A stretch of 64,000 nucleotides of DNA from Macrostomum lignano (taxonomy: Eukaryota), in the NCBI GenBank assembly GCA_002269645.1, contig NIVC01004018.1, forward strand, positions 1-64,000, read 5' to 3'. Both the position numbers and the translations under genes were made by a program. Positions 49,492 to 61,770 of this stretch are shown here, piece after piece; the first letter of the stretch is position 1, and every line of letters begins with the position of its first letter. The notes under the pieces were generated by a model. It worked only from the letters and a program-made list of their open reading frames with translations. It had not been told where the DNA came from and did no database searches.

Positions 49492-49986
49492 GACAGCCGG
49501 CCAAATTCCTCAATGAAACGGCAGGCCAGCAAGCGAAGGCTGCGCACCAAAGTGACCAAAATGGTGATGCTGGTCATTCTGCTGTACGGCATCTGCTGGC
49601 TGCCGACTGAGCTCATCAACTTCTGGTACAACGGCCTGCGGCACATCTTCCCGATGAACAACGCCATGCTGGTGGTGAAGATCTGCTCCAACGCTCTTCA
49701 CTACGCATCCTGCTGCGTCAATCCCATCGTCTATTCAATGCTCAGCGGCTCGTTCAAAGACGCCATTGTCAAACAGTTTCCAACGGTTGGCCGACGACTG
49801 GGCGGCGCCGATAGAGGAGGACGCCGCGACGGCATCGGCGCTGGCAGGATCGACCGGAGCGAAAACGGCGGAAATGTCGACGGCTCGCCCGGGCAGCGGC
49901 AGCTGGAGGCGGGCGATGCGGGCAGTGGAGACGAATTACCGGACGAGGAGTCGCTGGTCTTCGGTGTGCGGACCACTGAGCTGTGA
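49492..49986 (+). CDS. GPCR exon 4 (TM6, TM7, C-tail)
   Basis: TGCAG acceptor; CWLP; SCCVNPIVY (NPxxY). Joined CDS is 1191 nt (396 aa). Confidence 0.93.
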   Translation, partial: DSRPNSSMKRQASKRRLRTKVTKMVMLVILLYGICWLPTELINFWYNGLRHIFPMNNAMLVVKICSNALHYASCCVNPIVYSMLSGSFKDAIVKQFPTVGRRLGGADRGGRRDGIGAGRIDRSENGGNVDGSPGQRQLEAGDAGSGDELPDEESLVFGVRTTEL

Positions 49987-50504
49987 GAACGGTTGGCGCC
50001 AATGCTTGAAGAAGCTGCGTACCTGCTGTTGCTACCTGTGTACCAGATATTTAGCCAAGCGTTCATCTGTATCAGTGAGTGTTGTACCCTGTTGAGTAGA
50101 TTTCAAATGTAAGCACATGGATAACTATAAATGTAGTGCATAGAGTAAGCTCTCGAGAACGTAAAGCCATAGACAAATGCGCTAGAAAATCCTGAAGGCC
50201 CTGCATGGCGATACGGCAAATACGCGTTCCATAACCGGCCACCAGCTCGTTTCTAAGAAACTCGAGTCTGGCGTCTTCCTACTTCAGCTGTTCACGTCGA
50301 GTAAACCATATGGTTTCGCGTTCCTGCGCCACGACTCAGTTTGTTCATTGCTCATTAATATGCACATTCCATTGGACGCTATTATGCCGAGAGCTCTAGT
50401 AGTTTGGAATAATTAAAATTTTACATTTCTCCTTCAATAAAAGCCGATATTTTTCATTCGCACTGAATGATTGCATATTAAAGCCTTCAGATTTTATTTA
50501 TTTT

Positions 50505-50944
<440 letters not shown>

Positions 50945-51537
50945 AAATCCTGCTTAAGCACAGGAGCGCACTAATCTGAAAGGCTGGTACATGTATGCAA
51001 ATCCAGATGCATGCAGTCAGACAGAAAGGAGATTCCCAGATCAAAATCGCCGCCCACAGAAGACTGCCGCAGGTATCAGCCAGCAATGTGGCCCAACCAG
51101 GTCGCGTGCCTGATAATTAGGAATGCAGCAAGAACAGGTATTTTCTTCTGAGTCTGAATTCCCAAAGCAGAAAGGTTCGTGATCAACATTAGCCAATCGC
51201 CTTTATTTCACCTTTGCTGTGGCTGCCAGTCCAGTGGGCGATTTTAGCAACTGAAAGGGGCTGCTTTCGCCAAAACAGAAATTATCGCAGAGACGCGATC
51301 GGCCGATAATTTCCCGTGGCAATTTTCGAAAATTCCGAGACTCACGCAATCGCGAAGCTTTTTGTTTCTGCACGCTGTGATCTGTCGTTTCCTGGCTATT
51401 ACAGTAATTTTAAAGCAAGCGCATGAAATTTTTCTTTTAAAAGATTCGTCAGGCTGCTTTGAGAACTGAAATGCAGAACTCGAAAAAATTCGATAAAATA
51501 CTTTTGATCTCGCAATAACGTAGCATGTTGCATGTTA

Positions 51538-52600
51538 CAGCAGCGGCAGACACCAGGAAACCCCTACCCAATTATCTCAGATACAGCAGCGGCAGACACC
51601 AGGAAACCCCTACCCAATTATCTCAGATACAGCAGCGGCAGACACCAGGAAACCCCCACCCTATTATCTCAGATACAGCAGCGGCAGACACCAGGAAACT
51701 CCCACCCTATTATCTCAGATACAGCAGCCGCAGACACCAGGAAACCCCCACCCAATTATCTCAGATACAGCAGCGGCAGACACCAGGAAACCCCCACCCT
51801 ATTGTCTCAGATACAGCAGCGGCAGACACCAGGAAACCCCCACCCTATTATCTCAGATGCAGCAGCGGCAGACACCAGGAAACCCCTACCCAATTATCTC
51901 AGATACAGCAGCGGCAGACACCAGGAAACCCCCACCCTATTATCTCAGATACAGCAGCCGCAGACACCAGGAAACCCCCACCCTATTATCTCAGATACAG
52001 CAGCGGCAGACACCAGGAAACCCCTACCCAATTATCTCAGATACAGCAGCGGCAGACACCAGGAAACTCCCACCCTATTATCTCAGATACAGCAGCCGCA
52101 GACACCAGGAAACCCCCACCCTATTATCTCAGATACAGCAGCGGCAGACACCAGGAAACCCCTACCTAATTATCTCAGATACAGCAGCGGCAGACACCAG
52201 GAAACTCCCACCCTATTATCTCAGATACAGCAGCCGCAGACACCAGGAAACCCCACCTATTATCTCAGATACAGCAGCGGCAGACACCAGGAAACCCCTA
52301 CCTAATTATCTCAGATACAGCAGCGGCAGACACCAGGAAACTCCCACCCTATTATCTCAGATACAGCAGCGGCAGACACCAGGAAACTCCCACCCTATTA
52401 TCTCAGATACAGCAGCGGCAGACACCAGGAAACACCACCCAATTATCTCAGATACAGCCGCAGACACCAGGAAACTCCCACCCTATTATCTCAGATACAG
52501 CAGCGGCAGACACCAGGAAACTCCCACCCTATTATCTCAGATACAGCAGCGGCAGACACCAGGAAACCCCACCCAATTATCTCAGATATAGCAGCGGCGC
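51538..52600. repeat. 46-bp minisatellite CAGCAGCGGCAGACACCAGGAAACCCCCACCCTATTATCTCAGATA
   Basis: Read directly; about 23 units. Confidence 0.97.
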
Positions 52601-53539
52601 ACACCAGAGGACCATCACTAAAAAAAATTTCAATTGAAAAATCCGGCCTCATAGACAGACTCTAAGCTGCTGAGCAGTCTTTGCGCCAATATCAGTACCA
52701 ATAGTACCAATAATACCAATATCAATATCAGTCGTAGCCAGTGGATTAGTGAATTAACGGTTGAGTAGTAGGGAGCTCGCCCGCAGATCACGTGAGACGC
52801 CCTATAGGGAACACAAGTCAGCATCTCATCAGCATTCAGTCAGAGCCCTGTCGCTATTCGCACGCAATTTGAGGTCGACGAATGAAAGAAATAATGGGGA
52901 TCAAATGCAGTTTATTAGTTCACAGAAACAGATGAGACTGGCCCCGGTAGATTATCTCGACTCCGCAATTAGCTTGACCTCAAAGATGAACTTCTATTTC
53001 CTCCGAAATAAAAAACTATTCGAGGCAGTCCACCAAAAAACCAACAGGGACGAACTAGTATTAAATAATGTGCAAAAATGAGAAGGCTGCCGGTGGAATG
53101 AGAAATGGAATTGATAGTCTCAACCGAGGGAAGACTGGAATCGAGCCGGCGCATATTTGCTTTGGCAATGCGTGCGCCACCCTTCCCATGGGGAATTGTC
53201 TGAGCAAATCTTATTGAACCGTGACTGAGTTGTTTACTTGAAGTTGGAGTTGGAGACAGATGATGGTAGACGGTAGAGGGGTATAATCAGCTGAAAAAGA
53301 CTCGGAATACATTCAAAGATGATCGAAATTTCACTCCTTACTCTTATTAATTCATCTCACGCAAGCAATTTTGTCCTAAAGTGAATGTTTTACACTCATT
53401 TTCATTAATTTTTACTTACAGTAACAAGTTTAATAAACGACGTTAAATATTTTATAGTCTAATATGTTAATATTTCTACTACCAGTAGTTCATTGAAGAA
53501 AGAAATACAATTATTAGATTTTCTCATTCATTTATAGGG

Positions 53540-55331
53540 TAGGGTAGTCTACTAGAGGGTAGTCTATGGCTTCAGTAAAGGGTAGTCTATGGCTTCAGTA
53601 AAGGGTAGTCTATGGCTTCAGAATAGGGTAGTCTGTGACTTCAGTATAGGGTAGTCTATGGCTTCAGTAAAGGGTAGTCTATGGCTTCAGTAAAGGGTAG
53701 TCTATGGCTTCAGTATAGGGTACTCTATGGCTTCAGTATAGGGTAGTCTATGGCTTCAGTATAGGGTAGTCTACGTATGACTTCAGTACAGTGTTGTGCA
53801 ATCGTGTTCTTTTTCGCCCCTCCTGCCCCGCCCCAACCATTCCAGTCTGCCCCACCCCTCCAATCAATAATCAATGCGTACGCCGATCACGCCACCTCGC
53901 ACCACCTCCAACTACCGTACCGTACATTTGTTCTCGAAGTATTTATGTACTGGTACGTAGGTCAGATAATAAATATAATGAGAATTATATTAAATAAATA
54001 AATATAAAAAGAATTTGCTGTCTAGTGGGCAGCCGCGCCCTTGCGTTCTTTTGGTCCAATCGTTGGCTACTTCAAAACAAACTTACTTGTCTACCAAAGC
54101 ACATAGCAAGTGCGAACTGTATCGGCTTTTGCGCGGAAGCTCGTGGGTTCTGCTCTGTCGTTTTCCTGCTTCTCCCTGGGACACGGGACGGGAGCTCTGA
54201 CTGGGGACCTGGGGGTCGCAGCTTTCCAACAGGGTTCAGCTGTAGGCGTCGCTCTGGAGGACGGGGCTCACAACAACAGGGTAGTCTGTGACTTCAGTAT
54301 AGGGTAGTCTGTGACTTCAGTATAGGGTAGTCTGTGACTTCAGTATAGGGTAGTCTATTACTTCAGTATAGGGTAGTCTGTGACTTCAGTATAGGGTAGT
54401 CTATTACTTCAGTATAGGGTAGTCTGTGACTTCAGTATAGGGTAGTCTGTGACTTCAGTATAGGGTAGTCTATGACTTCAGTATAGGGTAGTCTGTGACT
54501 TCAGTAAAGGGTAGTCTGTGACTTCAGTATAGGGTAGTCTATTACTTCAGTATAGGGTAGTCTGTGACTTCAGTATAGGGTAGTCTGTGACTTCAGTATA
54601 GGGTAGTCTGTGACTTCAGTATAGGGTAGTCTATGACTTCAGTATAGGGTAGTCTGTGACTTCAGTATAGGGTAGTCTATTACTTCAGTATAGGGTAGTC
54701 TGTGACTTCAGTATAGGGTAGTCTGTGACTTCAGTATAGGGTAGTCTATGACTTCAGTATAGGGTAGTCTGTGACTTCAGTAAAGGGTAGTCTGTGACTT
54801 CAGTATAGGGTAGTCTATGGCTTCAGTATAGGGTAGTCTATGGCTTCAGTATAGGGTAGTCTGTGACTTTAGTATATTTTAGTCTATGGCTTCAATTGAG
54901 GGTAGTCTATGGCTGCAGTATAGGGTAGTCTGTGACTTCAGTATAGGGTAGTCTGTGACTTTAGTATATTGTAGTCTATGGCTTCAATTGAGGGTAGTCT
55001 ATGGCTGCAGTGTAGGGTAGTCTGTGACTTCAGTATAGGGTAGTCTATGGCTTCAGTATAGGGTAGTCTGTGACTTTAGTATATTGTAGTCTATGGCTTC
55101 AATTTAAGGTAGTCTATGGCTGCAGTATAGGATAGTTTATGACTTCAGTATATTGTAGTCTATGGCTTCAATTTAAGGTAGTCTATGGCTGCAGTATAGG
55201 ATAGTCTATGACTTCAGTATATTGTAGTCTATGGCTTCAATTTTAGGTAGTCTATGGCTGCAGTATAGGATAGTTTATGACTTCAGTATAGGGTAGTCTG
55301 TGACTTCAGTATAGGGTAGTCTATGACTTCA
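53540..55331. repeat. 23-bp minisatellite GGGTAGTCTGTGACTTCAGTATA, interrupted by a solo LTR
   Basis: Arrays at 53540-53790 and 54276-55331. Confidence 0.96.
53792..54275 (+). mobile_element. Solo LTR (484 bp)
   Basis: Perfect termini TGTTGTG/CACAACA; 4-bp TSD ACAG (53788-53791, 54276-54279); internal AATAAA and TATAAAA near 53995-54010. Confidence 0.85.
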
Positions 55332-55706
55332 GGGCAAGGAACAGGAAAAGCTTACAGGCTAGAGATGCTCTAAGGATCTTGTCACCTGTTTCCAAGTAAA
55401 TCAACATGGAATCGGGGGAAGTTTTTAAGCTCCACCTGTAAGTGTATGCTCTGCATCAGTTAACTGCTTTTACTCGGATACATAAAAACAGGTAAATGGG
55501 CTACAGAAGCAGTTCGTGAACAAGCAAACATTTACATCTCATCCGTGTATCATTTTTGACAAGAAATCTACATTTTCAAATGTTTTCACGATATATGCAG
55601 ACGCATTAATGAAATTACGAAACTGTTTTCACGCACTTGGCTATATGCTAACAAGCGAAGCTTGAACAGAAGGCAAGCTAAAAGTACACAGCTGAAAAAA
55701 CACCAG

Positions 55707-56172
55707 TTCTTACTAAAAGTATCTGCTCACGTAAAAATATTCTTACTAAAAGTATCTGCTCACGTAAAAATATTCTTACTAAAAGTATCTGCTCACGTAA
55801 AAATATTCTTACTAAAAGTATCTGCTCACGTAAAAATATTCTTACTAAAAGTATCTGCTCACGTAAAAATATTCTTACTAAAAGTATCTGCTCACGTAAA
55901 AATATTCTTACTAAAAGTATCTGCTCACGTAAAAATATTCTTACTAAAAGTATCTGCTCACGTAAAAATATTCTTACTAAAAGTATCTGCTCACGTAAAA
56001 ATATTCTTACTAAAAGTATCTGCTCACGTAAAAATATTCTTACTAAAAGTATCTGCTCACGTAAAAATATTCTTACTAAAAGTATCTGCTCACGTAAAAA
56101 TATTCTTACTAAAAGTATCTGCTCACGTAAAAATATTCTTACTAAAAGTATCTGCTCACGTAAAAATATTAT
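55707..56172. repeat. 33-bp near-perfect tandem repeat, 14 copies
   Basis: TTCTTACTAAAAGTATCTGCTCACGTAAAAATA. Confidence 0.98.
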
Positions 56173-56536
56173 TTACTGAAGAGATTTGCTGCACTGGCTG
56201 TGTTCACGGGTAAAATACACGTCAAGAACCAGTTTTTATCAAAGTTACGCAACCGTGCAAGCTGGCTGACAAATATGTGCCCATCCCATAGCCCATATCC
56301 CATAGCAACTGCATGCTCAGAGCTGACAACTTTCAACAGAAACTCACGAAGTTATAAATGAAAGCAACCAAACTGTTTTGCAATTTTTTTACAGAGTCTG
56401 CATGGTACAGTACAAAAATTCAATTGCACCTGCAAGACTTGCATCTAGTATTGCGAAAAGGCAGAAGGATTAGTATTATTTGTTGTCATCCTTTTAGCTT
56501 GTGCCAACCTTAGCAGGTGTATATGCAGTTGTGAAC

Positions 56537-57838
56537 TCTGTAGCTGGCATTCCTCTGTAGCTGGCATCAACTCTGTAGCTGGCACCCCCTCTGTAGCTGG
56601 CATCCCCTCTGTAGCTGGCATTTCCTCTGTAGCTCGCATCCACTCTGTAGCTCGCATCCCCTCTGTAGCTGGCATGCACTCTGTAGCTGGCATCCCCTCA
56701 GTAGCTGGCATTTCCTCTGTAGCTCGCATCCACTCTGTAGCTGGCATGCACTCTGTAGGTGGCATCCCCTCAGTAGCTGGTACCCCCTCTGTAGCTGGCA
56801 TCCCCTCTTTAGCTAGCATGCACTCTGTAGCTGGTACCCCCTCTGTAGCTGGCATCCCCTCTTTAGCTAGCATGCACTCTGTAGCTGGTACCCCCTCTGT
56901 AGCTGGCATCCCCTCTTTAGCTGGCATCCCCTCTGTAGCTGGCATCCCCTCAGTAGCTGGCATCCTCTCTGTAGATGGCATCCCCTCTGTAGCTGGCATC
57001 CTCTCTGTAGCTGGCATCCCCTCTGTAGCTGGCATCCCCTCTGTAGCTGGCATGCACTCTGTAACTGGCATGCACTCTGTAGCTGGCATGCACTCTGTAG
57101 CTGGCATGCACTCTGTAGCTGGCATCCCCTCTGTAGCTGGCAACCCCTCTGTAGCTGGTATCCCTTCTGTAGCTGGCATCCCCTCTGTAGCTGGCATCCC
57201 CTCTGTAGCTGGCATCCCTCTGTAGCTGGCATCCCCTCTGTATCTGGCACCCCCTCTGTAGCTGGCATCCCATTTGTAGCTGGCATCCCCTCTGTAGTTG
57301 GCATCCCCTCTGTAGCTGGCATCCACTCTGTAGCTGGCATCCCCTCTGTAGCTGGCATCCCCTCTGTAGCTGGCATCCCCTCTGTAGCTGGCATCCCCTC
57401 TGTAGCTGGCATCCCCTCTGTAGCTGGCATGCACTCTGTAACTGGCATGCACTCTGTAGCTGGCATGCACTCTGTAGCTGGCATGCACTCTGTAGCTGGC
57501 ATCCCCTCTGTAGCTGGCAACCCCTCTGTAGCTGGTATCCCTTCTGTAGCTGGCATCCCCTCTGTAGCTGGCATCCCCTCTGTAGCTGGCATCCCTCTGT
57601 AGCTGGCATCCCCTCTGTATCTGGCACCCCCTCTGTAGCTGGCATCCCATTTGTAGCTGGCATCCCCTCTGTAGTTGGCATCCCCTCTGTAGCTGGCATC
57701 CCCTCTGTAGCTGGCATCCCCTCTGTAGCTGGCATCCCCTCTGTAGCTGGCATCCCCTCTGTAGCTGGCATCCCCTCTGTAGCTGGCATCCCCTCTGTAG
57801 CTGGCATCCCCTCTGTAGCTGGCATCCCCTCTGTAGCT
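56537..57838. repeat. 18-bp minisatellite CTGTAGCTGGCATCCCCT
   Basis: Read directly; includes a 377-bp higher-order duplication. Confidence 0.97.
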
Positions 57839-58711
57839 AGCAGCTCTTTTCCACTCATAAACGCTGTGACCATAATTACGCTCTTATCGGAACAATGGAA
57901 TAGCTAGTTATAAAGTTTTGCCAATCTGGGGGGTATTTATTTACATTGTAAATAAATAAACAAGTGAACTTACTAGCTGTGAACTTTAAAACACGTAGCA
58001 GGCGTATGTCATTTTAAATTGTTTTTTTTTGTACAAACGCAGGCGCAATGCGCCAATCTCGGTTATGCATTGAAAAGTTGAGAAGAATCAAAGTGAGCAG
58101 CCTTCTATACTCAATCGCCAGTCATCCCCTCCAAGTCTGCGGCTCATATAGCCAGTTTTGCTTTCTTAAAGAGCAAAAAATCAGCTTTTTAAAATTCTCG
58201 GAACGCCCCGTACGCTCTTCCCCGCCCATCTCTCTGGGGGATTTCAAGTTCGAGAGGTGTTTTCAAGTCTAAGTAAAAGTGCAAAGTGGACTCGTGACTG
58301 GACGGTGCAGAGAAGGCACATTGGTATTGAGATGAATGTAAGACTATAGATGCTGATCGAATGCGGTGCTAATTGAATCAAATAAGATGCTGCTGCACGC
58401 AACCATTCACCTCAACGAATGCGAGATGTTCCATTAGCTGTATGATTATGCATGTATCTTCCTCAATTCAGCATCTGCTCAATATTAATATTGCTGGCTA
58501 TAGCGTCAATGTTCAATTAGCACTAGCTTTGCGCTTTATAGATCGAGCGATGGCTTTCTAAAAATGAACTCCGATCGAAATGGGATCAGGCAGAGCAGCG
58601 AGGGCGACTGCCAGCACTAATCGGCCGGTTGAAAAGTTTTTGAGCACAAGTGGTTGGGGAGGGGTCGACAAAAGTCTGAACTAAGAGAGAAGCTAGAAAT
58701 GGAATAGGACA

Positions 58712-59071
58712 TTTTTTTATTAGAGGCAGGGGGGTTGTGTGCACCCTGGCGCACTTTAAGCGACATAGGCACACAACCGGCGAGAGGCATTACTGCCCAT
58801 TCCGCCGACTCCCCTGAGCAGGTATACAAGCGCGCGGATACGTACGCAGGCACACACTCACACAGGAGTGTACAGCGGCTCTAACTTTATTTATCGTTAG
58901 GCATGTACACTTCACTGCGCCTTGGGGGGGTTGGCTCTCAAGGCCGTTAATTGCACGAGCAGAGCCAAGCCGAGATTCCAATTCAGCCCCAAATTAATGT
59001 GACTGCACTTGGAATCGAGCCTGGGTCGCTGGCACACCAGAGCAGCTGCGCTACCGCTGGGCTACGGCCCC
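58712..59071 (-). mobile_element. Full-length tRNA-derived SINE (about 360 bp)
   Basis: Head GGGGCCGTAGCCCAGCGG (A box) and GGCTCGATTCC (B box); central core shared with 3 other copies; ends AATAAAAAAA. Confidence 0.82.
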
Positions 59072-59235
59072 GTAGAATAAATATGCACTGTTTTAGCCTG
59101 CAGCTCAAAATATAACGAAAACTAAGTTAATGTGAGGGTAACTGTAGCAATTATATATCGTAAGGGCGTAAGCGCCTGAAAATTTCGAATAAAATGATGT
59201 AGTAAACTTGTGAATACAAGTAGGTAATAAAAGTG

Positions 59236-59450
59236 TCCGTGTGGCCACGTGTTGATAAAAGCGCACTTTGTCATTTGAATCCGTTCGAGACCAACATTCA
59301 TTTGGGACTTAGCTTGTGTGCACGAACATTGCACAGAGAGTTATTGTGGGGGTTCTCATTCTCACGGCCATCAGGGCAAACCCTCAGTCAATAGAGTGTA
59401 CATGCCTGAACGATTAGAAAGTCACAATTAAGGGCCGCTGTTCATACATG
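59236..59450 (+). mobile_element. Older copy of the same SINE, head to head with 58712-59071
   Basis: GTTCGAGAC B-box, CATTCATTTGGG and the GTGTACATGCCTGAACGATTAGAAAG core. Confidence 0.6.
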
Positions 59451-59604
59451 TCTGTGTACAGTATTGGCTGTGCTCATATTGTAGCAATCAAAGACATTTA
59501 AAACAGCAGGCTATGGGCATTTTTTCTTCTCTTTATGTAATTTTCCTAGAATTCATACTAGTTATATGATTTTGCCATACTTGTAGTTATAATAACATAC
59601 TCGT

Positions 59605-59985
59605 AGGTGCGGCTTTTGGGTCATAAATCATTGCTTTCAAGCTGGTCTGACAGCCACCTGCGCCTCACTCAATCCTGAGACTGGCGCTTGATGGTCTGAG
59701 AGGATGCGGGCGGTAGCTTTTTTCTCATCATTTTGACAGGCCATCAAGATTTATGAGGTCAGGGCCTATTGTTCGTGTTTACTCAAGCGTGTGACAGCTT
59801 TGACAGCTATGCATTTTACTCCTAAAAGTACGTTGGGATTAGCGATTAGCGATTTCTCTTCATTATCCTCACTTTCTACTTAATAAGAGCTTTCTAATGT
59901 ATATTTTTTCATTAATTTTTGTCATTCCTACGCGAAAGGTCATAAATCATTATGTAGCGATTTTGAGTGATTTATGACCGCACCT
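59605..59985. mobile_element. MITE-like element (381 bp)
   Basis: AGGTGCGG(+7 nt)GTCATAAATCA / TGATTTATGACCGCACCT inverted ends; GT dinucleotide on both flanks. Confidence 0.5.
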
Positions 59986-61052
59986 GTCGAATTTTTATGG
60001 CCCCGAGGGAACTGATAGGATCTTCTGGTCACGTGAGTTTGGGTGGCAACAAGCTCAGCCAATCAGAAAATTCGACGTGCGCTATAACAAATCGGCTCAG
60101 CCAATCAGCGTCGAGGTGTTCCATTATAACAAATTGCGGTCCAGTTGGCGGCTATTTAAACCGGTGTTTTTGGCCCGCTGCTCGGACTCAACCTCCTGCT
60201 CCGCCTCCTGGGACTTTGGCCTAACTTAGACCTCCCGGAGCTCGACCGTCGTCTCTTGATCCCCGGATCGCGACTCCCCCCATCATCATCAAGGACGAAT
60301 CCCCCCGGTCGTCAGCAGCGAACATCAAGATTAAGAACATCACCTACTAGCTATCTGCGAAGATTGTGACATCAGCATCATCCGGGCCTACAGCTGCGAA
60401 GCACTAAGCCGATTCGGTCACTGTGGATTACGTGGTCTCCGGCTGTTGAGTTTCTGATTGGTTGGGTGAGAGGCTACCTAGACTTGCTTGATTGGGTGAT
60501 TCCCTGTCTGTCCCCTATTTCAGTAGCTGGATTAAGCGCACATTTTTGCTCATTTTGTTCAGCAGTGCTGTTATCGAGGCAGAAATCATTCAATAATACT
60601 GTTAGAGGTCCGATACTCCAATCCAATCTGAAGTGTGAAGGGATTTAGTGAGAAGGTTAAATCTGACAGTTATTTTTATCGGTTTTATTTCTTTTTTCGC
60701 CGATGGCTCAGATGAGTAGCTAAGCTAGTAGGCGCCGGTCACAGTGGACCAATGGCAAGGTGGTTCTCAGTCGATCAATCTATCAAATCAGTGAGCAAAA
60801 TTGCCAATAGTGCAAAATCGGCGCTAGAGATGTACTCTGTGCACTCTAGGTTAGCCAAGCGGCTCGGGTAATGAATCATGCGGTCTCTGAAGTTCGAGTT
60901 AGTTTATCATCAGCGCTAAGAGAGGCTAGTTGGCGCGTTGAAGGCCAAAAGTACAATTCCTCGTATTTAGCAATGTAATAGTACATGTAGCTACCCCATA
61001 GTCTCGCTACTGCAAGAATCCCCTGCACAAGTCCCCTCTGTACCTGCATGGC

Positions 61053-61770
61053 CAATGCGATCAAGTCCCAGCAGTGTCCCTTAACATCGGCTATGACTTC
61101 GAGATTGACAGCAAAAAGACACTAGTTGGCAGGTAAGTGTTAAGTCCCCTCTAGTCGGAAGCCCGATTTCGAAAGTTCCGGTTTGGTGAGCCAGGACGCA
61201 CGGGCTGCAGGTGGCAGCGGTTAGTTAATCTGCGGATTAGCTGATCTCTACCTTCAAAATTCTCCCTGCTTGTCTCTCGCTGTCCCTCTCTTTTAGCTAT
61301 TATATAGGACCTAGACTGCTCGCCACAGATCAAGCTACCATGGGGGCTGACCATCTGACAGGATCGTGGGGGGCCAGGACTCTAATGGATTCATTTCTGA
61401 GACCTGAGGCCCGAAGGCTAGCTTCCACAAAGGAGCCGAAAAGGCCGAAACCCATCATAAAATTATAATGTTCCATTTTTAGCAACAGTCCTTGTGACGT
61501 CAGGAAGACCGGAGACCAATCAGAGGGAGGAGTCATGGCAGCGACTTTGAATAGCTCATCACGTGACCGACCCTGAGGCTCTTTTGAACTGGGGCTTTTT
61601 CTCTCATCAGAAGCCATCCGACTGCAGTTTCTATATTGTTGCTCCGGGCATGGTATAACCGACTAAATTTTATTCTGCCCAGACTCTCTGTCAATTCCTA
61701 ACTGTCCTTGGGGACCTGTAATGTAATGTATGTATTTTATGTATGTATGTATGTATGTATGTATGTATAT
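61053..61770 (+). mobile_element. Uninterrupted copy of repeat X, with a different 3' body and (TATG)n tail
   Basis: 61053-61380 is colinear with the three pieces at 9330-11290; ends in a TATG microsatellite at 61725-61770. Confidence 0.7.

Noticed and set aside
59000-59071. Possible tRNA gene
   Set aside because: A and B boxes are present but the acceptor and anticodon stems do not close, and it continues into a multicopy body, so it is a SINE head.
61395-61460. Hammerhead-like GCCGAAAAGGCCGAAAC
   Set aside because: No CUGANGA core in front and no stem III/NUH pairing.
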